From a virus: a DNA stretch of 64,000 bases. The translations under genes and the position numbers were made by a program. The first letter of the stretch is position 1; each line of letters begins with the position of its first letter. The notes under the pieces were generated by a model. The model worked only from the letters and a program-made list of their open reading frames with translations. It was not told the origin of the DNA and made no database searches. The stretch covers positions 11,996 to 75,995 of the IMG/VR virus record IMGVR_UViG_3300027963_000066; one strand, 5' to 3'. Shown here one piece after another: positions 11,331 through 21,586 of the stretch.

Positions 11331-12265
11331 TATAGATGGCTTCGAAAATAATCAATAGTTTTAATTAACCCTTGCTCTAGGTTAATAGTAGGCTCCCAAT
11401 TGAGCATGGCTTTTGCTCGAGTGATATCCGGCCTGCGCTGTTTTGGATCATCCTGAGGTAAAGTTTGTTGTAATATTTGGCTCTTACTTCCGGTTAATTC
11501 AATGACCTTATGTGCTAATTCCCACATGGTAAACTCCCCAGGATTACCGATGTTAACTGGCCCAATAAAAGAGTCGTCTGGATGATTCATCATGGCTTGT
11601 ATAGCATCTAACAGATCATCAACATAGCAGAAACTGCGAGTTTGCATACCGTCTCCGTAGATAGTAATGTCGCGACCTTGCAATGCCTGTACCACAAAAT
11701 TACTAACAACTCTGCCGTCATTCTGTGCCATTCTAGGACCATATGTGTTAAAAATACGCACAATTTTGGCCTTAACATCGTGTGTGCGATAGTAGTCCAT
11801 GAACAAGGTTTCCGCGGCTCGTTTGCCTTCGTCGTAGCAACTGCGTATACCAATTGGATTTACATTGCCCCAATATTCCTCAGGTTGAGGATGAACTGTG
11901 GGATCACCGTAGCACTCACTGGTTGACGCCTGTAAGATTTTAGCACCAGTACGTTTGGCCAGTCCCAACATATTGTAAGAACCAATTACACTGGTTTTCA
12001 TCGTCTGGATTGGATCCCATTGATAATAAAATGGACTCGCTGGACAAGCAAGATTGTAGATTTCATCTACTTCTACATACAGAGGCAGGCAGATATCTTG
12101 TCGGATAACTTCAAAGTTCTTGTTATCTAACAAGTGTGCAATATTATTTTTACTGCCTGTAAAATAATTGTCTACACAAAGAACATGATGTCCTTCTTTG
12201 ACTAACCGTTCGCAGAGATGACTGCCTAAGAAACCTGCTCCGCCTGTTACTAAAATTTTTTTCAT
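11330..12265 (-). CDS. UDP-glucuronate decarboxylase (UDP-xylose synthase-like)
   Basis: [39 protein letters not shown]. Confidence 0.92.
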   Translation of the reverse strand: MKKILVTGGAGFLGSHLCERLVKEGHHVLCVDNYFTGSKNNIAHLLDNKNFEVIRQDICLPLYVEVDEIYNLACPASPFYYQWDPIQTMKTSVIGSYNMLGLAKRTGAKILQASTSECYGDPTVHPQPEEYWGNVNPIGIRSCYDEGKRAAETLFMDYYRTHDVKAKIVRIFNTYGPRMAQNDGRVVSNFVVQALQGRDITIYGDGMQTRSFCYVDDLLDAIQAMMNHPDDSFIGPVNIGNPGEFTMWELAHKVIELTGSKSQILQQTLPQDDPKQRRPDITRAKAMLNWEPTINLEQGLIKTIDYFRSHL

Positions 12266-12412
12266 TTATCTACCTTTGCTGGCTGTATAATGCCATATTG
12301 TTTATATAACCAGCTGATAAAATTTTCAACTGGCAAACTAGGACTTACCTGCGTTTGATAAGCCCTATATGCTATACTTATTTTTTCTAACCATTCTTTA
12401 TCTGTCATTTGA

Positions 12413-12604
12413 TCACCAATGCCTTATTGTATTTGCTATAATAAAGAAGCAGGTCACTACGTGAATTATAACCCAAAAGGTTTTAAAAAATAATGCTACC
12501 CTAGCTTCTCGTAAAGTAAGAATAGGAACATCCGGACGATCGTCGTCCGTGTTCCCCATAAGATGTCCAGTTGCTCGCGCCCATACTCTCTCGATACTGT
12601 TCAT
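12413..12604 (-). CDS. Small membrane protein
   Basis: Overlaps queD stop; C-terminal hydrophobic helix. Confidence 0.65.
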   Translation of the reverse strand: MNSIERVWARATGHLMGNTDDDRPDVPILTLREARVALFFKTFWVIIHVVTCFFIIANTIRHW

Positions 12605-13053
12605 TGTGCCTCGTAAATCGCTGAATTAGCGCCATGTTCCGCACACTCAACTCTGACACAATAACAACGACCGCTAGTCTTCTCACGTATTAGTGCGTCG
12701 GCAAAGTTAAAAGCATGTTCAGCAAACTTCTCTGCACCTACACCATCAAAATATCGAATTTCAGCCAACCCCAATTCTTCTAATTCCACAAATTTGCTTA
12801 AATATGGATCTTGTCGATCCAATGCCAACTTGTGATCAAAGTGATCTTCCAACCAGGCTTTGAGAGGTTTAAGCCCGCCAAAGTCCACTGCCCAGTTCTT
12901 GTTGTCTAGGGTATCACAGCCGAATGTGAATGTGAACGCTAGACTGTAGCCATGTAGCAGGTGACAATGACTGTGATCTGCATTAGGTTGACGGAATACC
13001 GCTGACAGACCAATGTTATGTCCGTAGTGTTTTGTTGAGAAAAATTTTGCCAT
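12601..13053 (-). CDS. queD: 6-pyruvoyl/6-carboxy-tetrahydropterin synthase
   Basis: HC..LHGY, VDFGGLK, FDHKL motifs; AAGGAG RBS. Confidence 0.88.
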   Translation of the reverse strand: MAKFFSTKHYGHNIGLSAVFRQPNADHSHCHLLHGYSLAFTFTFGCDTLDNKNWAVDFGGLKPLKAWLEDHFDHKLALDRQDPYLSKFVELEELGLAEIRYFDGVGAEKFAEHAFNFADALIREKTSGRCYCVRVECAEHGANSAIYEAQ

Positions 13054-13075
13054 CTCTAGTCTCCTTTATTTAAAG

Positions 13076-13135
13076 TAGCAAGTTTGACGACATGCAGAAT
13101 TTATAAAGCGGGGTGAAAGTCGTAAAAGGCCGCTA
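13076..13135 (-). ncRNA. Structured 5' leader of queD (riboswitch candidate)
   Basis: AGCGG/CCGCT hairpin whose loop ACGAC is complementary to downstream GTCGT. Confidence 0.5.
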
Positions 13136-13140
13136 ATGAA

Positions 13141-13169
13141 ATTATATAGATATGTTTGCTATATGTCAA
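13141..13169 (-). promoter_or_regulatory. Consensus sigma70 promoter for queD
   Basis: TTGACA-17 nt-TATAAT. Confidence 0.85.
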
Positions 13170-13182
13170 TATTTATGAACAA

Positions 13183-13353
13183 TTATTTTAGTTGTTTTAT
13201 TTCTTCTTTGATGATTTTTATTTCATCTGTGATGTGGTCAAGAATTTCTATTTCATTTTGCCTTGCTGACATAAATTTATAAACTGTAAGGGCAAATAAC
13301 GCCCATCCAATAAATCCGCCTATTAATAAAGATACAATAATAAAATTTGCCAT
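13183..13353 (-). CDS. Small membrane protein
   Basis: Hydrophobic N-terminus; GGGAG RBS. Confidence 0.65.
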   Translation of the reverse strand: MANFIIVSLLIGGFIGWALFALTVYKFMSARQNEIEILDHITDEIKIIKEEIKQLK

Positions 13354-13415
13354 AATGATTCTCCCTTGAGTAGAGTATTTACAACTGCCCAAGGAAGTAT
13401 TTTACTCATAGTTAA

Positions 13416-14012
13416 TCAACGTTTTTCAATTATCTTATCACATAAGCCATAGGCCAGTGCTTCTTCGGCTGACATAAAGGTGTCACGGTCCATGTCACGT
13501 TCAAAATCGGCGTAAGATTTACCGGCAGTGTTGTGTTCAACATATAGTTTGGTTAACATTGTTTTCATCTGAGTAATTTCTTTGTATTGGATCTCAATGT
13601 CACTTTGCATGCCACGGGCGCCACCACTTGGCTGATGAATCATATGTCGAGCATGCGGTAGCATAAATCGTTTGCCGGGATGTCCTGCCTGAGCCAAAAA
13701 ACTACCCATGCTACATGCCTGGCCTAACACATAGGTACAGACATTGGGTTTAACAAACTGCATGACATCATAGATGGCCATGCCGCTGGTAATGACACCG
13801 CCTGGACTGTTGATGTAAAAGTGGATATCCTTCTCACTATCGGCACTCTCTAAATGTAAGATCTGTGCCACAATTAAATTGCTACTGTGATCATCAACTG
13901 GTCCATTAAGGAACACAATACGCTCATTAAGCAATCGACTAAAAATATCAAAGGCACGTTCGCCTTGACCGGTCTTTTCGACCACCATTGGTACTAACAT
14001 ATTAAAACTCAT
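13416..14012 (-). CDS. clpP: Clp protease proteolytic subunit
   Basis: [32 protein letters not shown] catalytic motifs. Confidence 0.96.
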   Translation of the reverse strand: MSFNMLVPMVVEKTGQGERAFDIFSRLLNERIVFLNGPVDDHSSNLIVAQILHLESADSEKDIHFYINSPGGVITSGMAIYDVMQFVKPNVCTYVLGQACSMGSFLAQAGHPGKRFMLPHARHMIHQPSGGARGMQSDIEIQYKEITQMKTMLTKLYVEHNTAGKSYADFERDMDRDTFMSAEEALAYGLCDKIIEKR

Positions 14013-14427
14013 CCTTTATTGTTTTTGTATTTGCAAGACCTGCAAGAATTTGAAACTGTTCCCAGGCTTTCTTTACTGTGATGTTACTTTCGATATCTTC
14101 TGACTGAAGCCCTGCTTCTAACCAATAGTAAGGCAACCGGCGAGGATGTGCTCCGAACTTGCGAGGCTGATGTATTTTACCCTGCTCCCATAGTTCGGTG
14201 CTAACATTGCGGAACTTGGCTTGGTCCTCTGGACTGTTAAAGTCATAATTGCTCCATTCGGGATTACTCAATCCGCCATAACAATAACCTTCCCAAATGC
14301 CCGCCCACTCATCATCGATAGTAGGATCAAAATCTGTGCGGGCAATAATCACCAACACATCGCTAATATCTACTCGACCTTCGACAATATCAAGAATACA
14401 ACGGCTATAGCTTAATCCAATTTTCAT
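14002..14427 (-). CDS. Hypothetical protein
   Basis: ORF coupled to neighbours. Confidence 0.7.
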   Translation of the reverse strand: MKIGLSYSRCILDIVEGRVDISDVLVIIARTDFDPTIDDEWAGIWEGYCYGGLSNPEWSNYDFNSPEDQAKFRNVSTELWEQGKIHQPRKFGAHPRRLPYYWLEAGLQSEDIESNITVKKAWEQFQILAGLANTKTIKDEF

Positions 14428-14690
14428 TCTTCTTCCCTAAGTTGGTCACGGAATACTGCTAACTGTTCGATAAGATTTTGAACACCTGCTTTGGTCATAG
14501 TGAGGGTACTATACCCTACTTTTAAAGTCATATGCATCCCTTCAGCAGTAACACCAACACTGTATATAGTCTCTGGAGCATTTGACTCTTTTGGGGGCAC
14601 GATAGGAATTGCTCTAGTCTCTGGGAATTTAACCACATTAGAGTAATCAGGTTTCTTAAACCAATCAAACATCTTTTTTCTCCATATCAT
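14424..14690 (-). CDS. Hypothetical protein
   Basis: ORF in operon. Confidence 0.65.
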   Translation of the reverse strand: MIWRKKMFDWFKKPDYSNVVKFPETRAIPIVPPKESNAPETIYSVGVTAEGMHMTLKVGYSTLTMTKAGVQNLIEQLAVFRDQLREEE

Positions 14691-14907
14691 ACTGTTTAAC
14701 CATACGATAAAGTGGTTCCATACGTTCTTGAAATATTGATGGGCAGTTCTCAGCGGCTACTTTCATATCCCACGCACTGGGATAATGTCGCAGGCACCAA
14801 CGAGCCTGATCCTTGATTGCTTTTGGGACTCGAGGAGTATTAAGTATCTCTACTAAAAACTCCTGAGTCTTTATTACTGCACGATAACGTTCATCAGGGA
14901 GTGTCAT
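14665..14907 (-). CDS. Hypothetical phage protein
   Basis: MTLPDERYRA...LRHYP. Confidence 0.7.
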   Translation of the reverse strand: MTLPDERYRAVIKTQEFLVEILNTPRVPKAIKDQARWCLRHYPSAWDMKVAAENCPSIFQERMEPLYRMVKQYDMEKKDV

Positions 14908-15355
14908 GTGTTGGTTCGTTCATTTTATGATATTCGGCTAATTCTTGAGCTCGAGTCGCTTCTCGTTGTTCTTCGCAAGGTGTGCAAATAGTACGCACCC
15001 ATCCACCGCCGTGGGTTTCAGCTGGATTACCACAACCTTCACAAGTCACACCTGACATCGATTCTGCCATAGTAACTAAGCCGCTAATGTAGTCATCGCC
15101 ACCTGTGTAGTAAAAACGCAGTGTACCGAACTTTTCTTTAACTTGATCCAGTGTCACCTGAGGAACAACTTCGCCGTCTCGATTCTTCCAATCGATATGA
15201 TGTTGGATATTGCCCATGAGTTGATTTAGAATATTAAACCAACCGTCTCCGCATTCAAAACCCCAACACATGCAGGTTTCGGTCATAGGTAGATTACGAT
15301 TGACCATCATCTTTGGATATACCTTACACAGGTATTCGTCTAGTTCTCTTTTCAT
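14894..15355 (-). CDS. Hypothetical phage protein with Zn-binding CxxC pairs
   Basis: ECGDGW, QVKEKFGTLRFY, CEGCG, ICTPC. Confidence 0.75.
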   Translation of the reverse strand: MKRELDEYLCKVYPKMMVNRNLPMTETCMCWGFECGDGWFNILNQLMGNIQHHIDWKNRDGEVVPQVTLDQVKEKFGTLRFYYTGGDDYISGLVTMAESMSGVTCEGCGNPAETHGGGWVRTICTPCEEQREATRAQELAEYHKMNEPTHDTP

Positions 15356-15954
15356 TCTTCTTCCGATACTTCGTCGCCGAAACTATATTCTACTTTATTT
15401 TCTTTAAATTTCATTGCTCGAGCCCGAGCACCTTCTGGATCACGCTTAACTTCATCGACTAGTTCCATCAATGCATTGTTGATGTAGTCGTTGAGAGTAA
15501 TGCCTTGACGATGTGCGTTCATTGCGGCTTCCAATAACAGGTCGTCTGGCAGATCTAAAGGAACGCTGATTCGGGTATCGTAATCCTCGCCGTCTTTGAT
15601 AGCCAGGCACTTTTGAATAAAGTCATCGTCGACTTCTAAATCTATATAGTCTACATCATCCCATGCTTGATTCAAGTTGACTCCGAGTTCTTTGGCTTCT
15701 TTGGCATGCTTCTTTTGTTTGTCCTCAGCAATCATGCGATATGCACGGTCGTTGGTATAATCGCATACACTGACTTCATAGACCTTTTGTGTCTTAGTAC
15801 TGAACACAATACTAAAACTGTATCCGCCTTTGCCGTGGACACCGTTCCAACTGTCTAAGCAGTAGGCATTGTCGCCGTAGCAACTCCACCCATAATCACT
15901 GCCTTCAGTGATTTTATAGTCAACCAACTCCATCCATTCTTTCATAGTGATCAT
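15352..15954 (-). CDS. Hypothetical protein with C-terminal ribbon-helix-helix-like segment
   Basis: VPLDLPDDLL...AHRQGITLNDYI; AAGGAG RBS. Confidence 0.65.
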   Translation of the reverse strand: MITMKEWMELVDYKITEGSDYGWSCYGDNAYCLDSWNGVHGKGGYSFSIVFSTKTQKVYEVSVCDYTNDRAYRMIAEDKQKKHAKEAKELGVNLNQAWDDVDYIDLEVDDDFIQKCLAIKDGEDYDTRISVPLDLPDDLLLEAAMNAHRQGITLNDYINNALMELVDEVKRDPEGARARAMKFKENKVEYSFGDEVSEEE

Positions 15955-15982
15955 TTCAACACTCCTTTAAATATATATTATA

Positions 15983-16174
15983 CTAGATAGTAACCTTATC
16001 TGTCAATAGTTCTCGACAAATACTTTTAATCTCCGGCCTAATGTTTTGATCTGTCTGCACAGCCTCACAATCTACTTCGATGGCACTTTCATCATCTTCC
16101 TGCATTAGCCCTATAAGGAATAACAAACCTATAACAGCCAACACAGTTACAACAATATCAAAGATTTTTTTCAC
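15983..16174 (-). CDS. Small membrane protein
   Basis: N-terminal TM helix. Confidence 0.6.
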   Translation of the reverse strand: MKKIFDIVVTVLAVIGLLFLIGLMQEDDESAIEVDCEAVQTDQNIRPEIKSICRELLTDKVTI

Positions 16175-17355
16175 TTAAATACCTTCAAGATAACAATGTC
16201 CTCACTCATGCGTCCATTGCACAGAGTTTCTGTAGTCTTAATGTTTTTAACAAACCAAGTTTCAATTCGCCGCTGTGTATTCTGCTCTTTAAACTCTTTG
16301 AGTTGTTCTGCAGGTTTACGCAGAGTCTTTTGGAAACTCTTATCAGTAAATTCTGTAATGCTGGTACCTTTGACGCTTAAACCGTTTGAAGTTTTGGCAG
16401 TGTACATACCAATCTTACGAGTCTTGGTATTATAAACAACTGCCAGTTGAGCACCAATAATACCTGCTGGCGGCACTGAAGTAATACCGAGCTTGGCGTC
16501 GCTCAACATGAACTTCATTTTCTTAACCAAGTCTTCTGCTGGCTTAACTTTCTTAGCACGAGGTTTCTTAAGTACTTTCTGTTCAGCCGCAATCTGCTCA
16601 CAAGCCGCCGCAATAGCTTCATAGAAGTCGATCAATTTTTTAACATTTTTGCGGCTGACATGTTTGTAACCCTCGCGGAGTTGTTCATCAGCATTACCGC
16701 TGGCAAGCTCATGAAGTTCATCAAGGCCGCTTTGGAAGTATTGTTTAATAATACGAGCATGAGCGGCCTTGGCACCCTTGCCTTTGAGCAGATTAATGAT
16801 CTTAAATGCCTTTGGGTCAAATGCATCTGGGTCTGTGATCCAGCTGTCAATAGCATAGTCGAGTTCTTCGCCCATATCTCCGGCAGTTTCGCGCAGACGA
16901 TCTTGGATAGTAACCACCGGTGCTTGTGCAACCACTGGCTTGACTTCTGGTACTACTTCAATGTCAAACCGGCCATCTTCGATAACCTTGGCGATTTCTT
17001 TACGCAACCAATCGGCAGTGTTTTTGCCACCATTGAAATCTGTACGAACTTCGGGCATGCCTTTGATCAAACAACTAGCAACGGCGCCCATGGTTGTATT
17101 GCAACGCCAATCTTTAGTTTTCTTAAAACTTTGAATAGCATCTCGGCTGTAGCCAGCACGACCCATCCAATCAATTACCTTGGGTTTAAGATCTTTGGCC
17201 GTGGTTTCCATATTGTAATAACGCATAGCGTTACGGAAGTGTTGAGAAAATTGGTCAGCGGACCAAGAATCTGCACCATCCCACTTGGGACTGTGATCTC
17301 GTTTAGAGTTTTCTCGAATGCTTTGACCAGTAATACGTTTAGTAGCTGTTGCCAT
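16171..17355 (-). CDS. Hypothetical phage protein
   Basis: 394-aa ORF, AAGGAG RBS, consensus promoter upstream. Confidence 0.8.
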   Translation of the reverse strand: MATATKRITGQSIRENSKRDHSPKWDGADSWSADQFSQHFRNAMRYYNMETTAKDLKPKVIDWMGRAGYSRDAIQSFKKTKDWRCNTTMGAVASCLIKGMPEVRTDFNGGKNTADWLRKEIAKVIEDGRFDIEVVPEVKPVVAQAPVVTIQDRLRETAGDMGEELDYAIDSWITDPDAFDPKAFKIINLLKGKGAKAAHARIIKQYFQSGLDELHELASGNADEQLREGYKHVSRKNVKKLIDFYEAIAAACEQIAAEQKVLKKPRAKKVKPAEDLVKKMKFMLSDAKLGITSVPPAGIIGAQLAVVYNTKTRKIGMYTAKTSNGLSVKGTSITEFTDKSFQKTLRKPAEQLKEFKEQNTQRRIETWFVKNIKTTETLCNGRMSEDIVILKVFK

Positions 17356-17389
17356 GAATAGTGCTCCTTTAGTGCCTTACAATAGTTAT

Positions 17390-17418
17390 ATTATACAGGG
17401 ATCTAGGCCCTGTGTCAA
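17390..17418 (-). promoter_or_regulatory. Consensus sigma70 promoter
   Basis: TTGACA-17 nt-TATAAT. Confidence 0.85.
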
Positions 17419-17474
17419 GAGACCGGTTTTACCAAAATGTCCAATATAAATAACAGATTACCGGGAAACTTAAC

Positions 17475-18152
17475 ATGGAAAGTAATTGGGAATTAACCAA
17501 ACAAAAAAGTCAGTATCATTTTGATCCAACTATTATAGACCCTAGATGGGATTCTGTCACCCGTTTAGGCAATTTTATTCCAAATTGGGCAACAGAACTT
17601 GAAGAAATAATCCAAAGTTCCAGGCCTGCTACATGGGCAACTCGTGCAGAATTTGTAAGACCCTTAGAAGCTAGAAAAGGTAATAAAGAACTCCAAAAAG
17701 AAGAATACGATTTATTGCAGTCTGGATTATCCGCGGATCATCAAATCAGTCATTTAAGTTGGCATGTTCCTCCACTGTTTCAAAAGATGAGCGATCTGTT
17801 TGGAATGGAGGACACATGGAATCGCATGCATATCCAAAAAACTGGTGAACTTTGGAATCTGCATATTGACAAACTGGAAAAAGCCTGCCCAGAAGATCCT
17901 AGCAGAGTATTAAGAGTTTTTGTTCAACTAACTGATTGGCAACCTGGACAATTTTGGCAATATGGAAATTATAATTACTGCCAATGGCGGGCAGGCGATA
18001 TTACCACATTTGATTGGCAGAATGTTCCTCACTGTACTGCCAACGCAGGGTACCATCCAAGAGTAACATTCCAGATTACAGGATTGATCACTGACAAGAC
18101 CCGAGAATTTTTACAAGTATTAAATGCCGGATCTTACCAGGTAGATCAATAA
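17475..18152 (+). CDS. Cupin/2OG-Fe(II) oxygenase-like protein
   Basis: LHID...PHCTAN...RVTFQITG; TATAAATA upstream. Confidence 0.6.
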   Translation: MESNWELTKQKSQYHFDPTIIDPRWDSVTRLGNFIPNWATELEEIIQSSRPATWATRAEFVRPLEARKGNKELQKEEYDLLQSGLSADHQISHLSWHVPPLFQKMSDLFGMEDTWNRMHIQKTGELWNLHIDKLEKACPEDPSRVLRVFVQLTDWQPGQFWQYGNYNYCQWRAGDITTFDWQNVPHCTANAGYHPRVTFQITGLITDKTREFLQVLNAGSYQVDQ

Positions 18153-18721
18153 AAATCATCATCCCAAGGTACGGGAACCCAACCTAATTTTTTTAGATCT
18201 TCTCGAATTTCATCTGTAACTATGCCTTCTGGTACATAGTCTCGACCGACCGGATCTGGAGTAGGATCATACCCATCTAATCCGTAGCCCTTTTCTTTGT
18301 TGCCAATGCCACTACAGTACCAATCAATGTAGTCGCCCTTTTCTTGCATGTCGGCAATGATACCACCGCTATGACGCCAGCTGGCACTCCAACGTTGATC
18401 CTTGAGGATAGGCATAACATCCAATTTGATAAACTGCATGTTACACATGGCCGCATACAAGTTTTGAGCATAGTTATCACTAGCCTTTACCTTATCGCAG
18501 ATCCATTTAGTGCTACGGAGATCATACTCCATATTATCTTTTTGCCAAACAGGATCGTGAATCTTGTTAGCTTCATCGATCTTGATCTGTTCCCACATGT
18601 CAATATAATCTTGATTGAGCTCTTCACCTGCTTCTTTTGCCCGTTTGATTGCACCTTCCTTTTGGAAGGTATGACGTTCAGGACTTGATGCTACTTCTGG
18701 CTTCTTTGAATTGTTTGACAT
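18146..18721 (-). CDS. Hypothetical protein
   Basis: ORF track. Confidence 0.7.
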   Translation of the reverse strand: MSNNSKKPEVASSPERHTFQKEGAIKRAKEAGEELNQDYIDMWEQIKIDEANKIHDPVWQKDNMEYDLRSTKWICDKVKASDNYAQNLYAAMCNMQFIKLDVMPILKDQRWSASWRHSGGIIADMQEKGDYIDWYCSGIGNKEKGYGLDGYDPTPDPVGRDYVPEGIVTDEIREDLKKLGWVPVPWDDDFY

Positions 18722-19025
18722 CGGCGATTGCCTTTTTTAGTGTTTCGGAATAGTTAAGAGCCTGTTGTTCTGACATAATTAAACTGGCTTCATATTCTAC
18801 ATAACCTTTGGTCAGCAGGGTCCAAATAATTTTGAAACGATTAAGTTCCCACCATTTGGATTTTTGTTGAGTATATGTAGTTACAATAACACCAGTTTCG
18901 TCTGCTTCTACCCAAACATTGTGTTGATGTGTGGGGTCTGAACATTCGCAAGGAACCCCGTACATGACAGCGTCACCCCATTCGTTATGTTTAAAAATTC
19001 CTTCTGCTGGCAGTTGTGCTTTCAT
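18678..19025 (-). CDS. Hypothetical protein
   Basis: ORF track. Confidence 0.65.
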   Translation of the reverse strand: MKAQLPAEGIFKHNEWGDAVMYGVPCECSDPTHQHNVWVEADETGVIVTTYTQQKSKWWELNRFKIIWTLLTKGYVEYEASLIMSEQQALNYSETLKKAIADVKQFKEARSSIKS

Positions 19026-19264
19026 TGAATTTTTCTTTCTTTTGAAATACCGGCCTGTGACAGATGTTCGATAGCTTCGAGGTCTTCTTCAGTGGGGTCA
19101 TCGAAGTTAATCAATCGAGAATTTTCTTGTAGTTCACCGGATTTGATCATACGAGTGATTTCTTTAATCAACCCGTCTAGTTCTTCTTGAGAACCTTCAA
19201 AATTATCAAAGCATCCGGGAGCAAACTCGATTTTAAGTTTCTTTTCTTCAGTCATTTTTTTCAT
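19022..19264 (-). CDS. Hypothetical protein
   Basis: ORF track. Confidence 0.65.
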   Translation of the reverse strand: MKKMTEEKKLKIEFAPGCFDNFEGSQEELDGLIKEITRMIKSGELQENSRLINFDDPTEEDLEAIEHLSQAGISKERKIQ

Positions 19265-19415
19265 TTGGAGTTAGGGGACGGTTAATACAAAATTCACAAG
19301 TTGGGTCGTCACATTTGGACTCTGACCATTTATTACACTCTGCACAATAGTAAGCATCGTACTCTTTTGAGTACAATCTCTTAATATCACAACTGCAATT
19401 ATAAATTAGGTCCAT
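19248..19415 (-). CDS. Small Cys-rich protein (55 aa)
   Basis: Hand translation MDLIYNCSC...YDAYYCAECNKWSESKCDDPTCEFC...; fills the operon gap. Confidence 0.6.
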   Translation of the reverse strand: MDLIYNCSCDIKRLYSKEYDAYYCAECNKWSESKCDDPTCEFCINRPLTPNEKND

Positions 19416-20248
19416 AAGCTATCACGAGCTTTGATAAGACGGATCATCATTGCTTCGTCTTCTGCTTCGTAGGCGGCTTCGATTTCTTGTAGTAGCTGGT
19501 GTGATTTGTCACTCATTTCTTTAAGTTCGGGACTCTTATCGCCGCTGAAACTTAGCTTGCCGCCATTGGCAATACGACTTGCTTCACAGTACTCTGTCCA
19601 ACCACTGGCATCATATGGATCAGGACGATTTGGGTAGACAGTGGTCCACCAAGTATACAGTTCTTTGATCTCTCGAGCACGGATAGCTTGTCCAGTTGGC
19701 TTACCGTAGTTAGGATCACTTTCCTCTACACCCCAGTCGGAACTCATAGTCAAAGTCATTGCCCAATCAAGATGATCAAGGCCTGCTTGTGGACAACGCC
19801 ATGTACGCCAACGCCACCACCCACTGGCCCAGAATGGAGATTTGTATTTCTTACGTGCTTCTTCATCCCAGGCAATGTGACTCCATGCTTGTTCTACTTC
19901 AACAAAATCAACCAACTCATTGAATAAGCAAGGCAGAAAGCGGTTACCCACGTCGCACCATTGACCCGGTTTAATATCCCGGGGATGAGCGGTAAGACCA
20001 TGAGTACGAGTAACCCAACGGTTGTTAATGTAGTATTTGATATCATATATTTTCCTTACAGGCCAAGTGACGAAATCTTGAATGTGGCCGAGGGCTTCCT
20101 CCGCTAACCAGTAGCGAAAGTTATGCTTCATTTGGGCACGGGTAGTCCACTCGTCCCACTCTTCGGCAGTGCCTGCATCTAGCTTTTTAGTGCCACGAAG
20201 CCAATCTGCGAAAGGACTGCATGACCAGTAATTTGAATGTTGTGCCAT
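19406..20248 (-). CDS. Trp-rich hypothetical protein
   Basis: 280-aa ORF. Confidence 0.75.
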   Translation of the reverse strand: MAQHSNYWSCSPFADWLRGTKKLDAGTAEEWDEWTTRAQMKHNFRYWLAEEALGHIQDFVTWPVRKIYDIKYYINNRWVTRTHGLTAHPRDIKPGQWCDVGNRFLPCLFNELVDFVEVEQAWSHIAWDEEARKKYKSPFWASGWWRWRTWRCPQAGLDHLDWAMTLTMSSDWGVEESDPNYGKPTGQAIRAREIKELYTWWTTVYPNRPDPYDASGWTEYCEASRIANGGKLSFSGDKSPELKEMSDKSHQLLQEIEAAYEAEDEAMMIRLIKARDSLWT

Positions 20249-20685
20249 TATAGTTTCTCGTAAGTTTTTGCAAAGATATCTTTTTTAACTACACCGTAGT
20301 CGTTTTCACCGTGGCGGACAATAATGTCTACACCTTTGTTATATGCCAACTTGGCTCCGTTATATTGTAACGTAACTTCACCGTTATGATCTGCTGGCTT
20401 ACAAAGTTTTATAATCTTCTTCGGGCTAGCAGTTCCGTCACCGTTGTCACTTTTAAGTTTATTAAATGTTTCTGGACCGATAGGATATTGTTCACCGTCT
20501 GGTCCAGTCATAATATAATCACCCTTTTTATAAGGTACAGGGTTTTCAAGTGTATCGATCACACCGTCGTCTGTGGCTACCTCAAAAGGTTCACGTTTAT
20601 CGGGAATTTTAAAGGCTTCAAATGATCCGTCTTTAAACCAAGCATCGGTGATACCTTCCACAATATTGATAAATTCACGCATCAT
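20248..20685 (-). CDS. PGDYG-like protein
   Basis: TLE...KGDYIMTGPDGEQYP and a second similar repeat. Confidence 0.65.
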   Translation of the reverse strand: MMREFINIVEGITDAWFKDGSFEAFKIPDKREPFEVATDDGVIDTLENPVPYKKGDYIMTGPDGEQYPIGPETFNKLKSDNGDGTASPKKIIKLCKPADHNGEVTLQYNGAKLAYNKGVDIIVRHGENDYGVVKKDIFAKTYEKL

Positions 20686-21371
20686 TTACGATCTCCAAAA
20701 AGTTGTAACAGATTAATAAACAAGTTGATAAAGTCCATATACAGAGTTAGTGCTCCACTAACTTCGGCGGCTGGGCTGGTATCTACACTTAGTTCCTCAC
20801 GAATCTTTTGTGTATCGTAGGCAGTGAGCCCTAGGAAGATGATGATGGCTAATGCAGAGATTACCATAGCTACTGGACCGCTCTGAAGAAAGATATTAAC
20901 AATACTGGCTATAAAAATAGCAATCAAACCAACAAACATAAACTTACCAAGACTATCTAGACTCTGTTTGGTAAAGTAGCCATACACACTCATTACACCA
21001 AACAATATAGCCGCACCCATAAAGGCTGACACAATACTACCCATAGTAAACACAGCAAAAATCATAGCAAAGCTCAGTCCCATCAAGGCCGCAAAACCAT
21101 GTAAGCATAACTGTGCTATACTCTTACTTGGATTGTTGGCCAACACCATACTAACACCAAAGATTGCGGCAAGTGGCGAAAGGATCACGAGCCATTTTAC
21201 CCAACCTGTAAAAAAGAATGCCAATAACTCTGGACTGGTGCCCACAAAGTAGCTGACCATCATTGATACAATAACAGCAAGACTCATATGTCCGTAGACA
21301 CGACCCATTGCTGAATTAATTTCACTAGCAGACCGATATGATACTGCATTTTCATAAGTTGTTTCAAACAT
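20682..21371 (-). CDS. Bax inhibitor-1/YccA family membrane protein
   Basis: Multiple TM helices; GLTAYDTQ and ALTLYMDFINLF motifs. Confidence 0.92.
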   Translation of the reverse strand: MFETTYENAVSYRSASEINSAMGRVYGHMSLAVIVSMMVSYFVGTSPELLAFFFTGWVKWLVILSPLAAIFGVSMVLANNPSKSIAQLCLHGFAALMGLSFAMIFAVFTMGSIVSAFMGAAILFGVMSVYGYFTKQSLDSLGKFMFVGLIAIFIASIVNIFLQSGPVAMVISALAIIIFLGLTAYDTQKIREELSVDTSPAAEVSGALTLYMDFINLFINLLQLFGDRK

Positions 21372-21382
21372 AATTTTCTCCT

Positions 21383-21583
21383 TTAGGCTAATTTATCTAT
21401 ATTTTGACCAGGACGATTCAGAAGCCTGTTCATTTCAATTCTTTTTTGCTCGTCTACTTCGTGACGATGTTTAATGCGTTTTTCTTCTTGAATGCGATCA
21501 GTATGTCGTTGTTCTGCATGTCTGATCTCAGACCGTCTATACAATTTTGCATTGTATGCTGTAACACTGTTAATTGATGACAT
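21383..21583 (-). CDS. Hypothetical protein
   Basis: ORF track. Confidence 0.55.
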   Translation of the reverse strand: MSSINSVTAYNAKLYRRSEIRHAEQRHTDRIQEEKRIKHRHEVDEQKRIEMNRLLNRPGQNIDKLA

Positions 21584-21586
21584 ATG

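Noticed and set aside
16196-17361. Plus-strand ORFs antisense to 16171-17355
   Set aside because: The minus-strand gene has the RBS and consensus promoter; these are shadow ORFs
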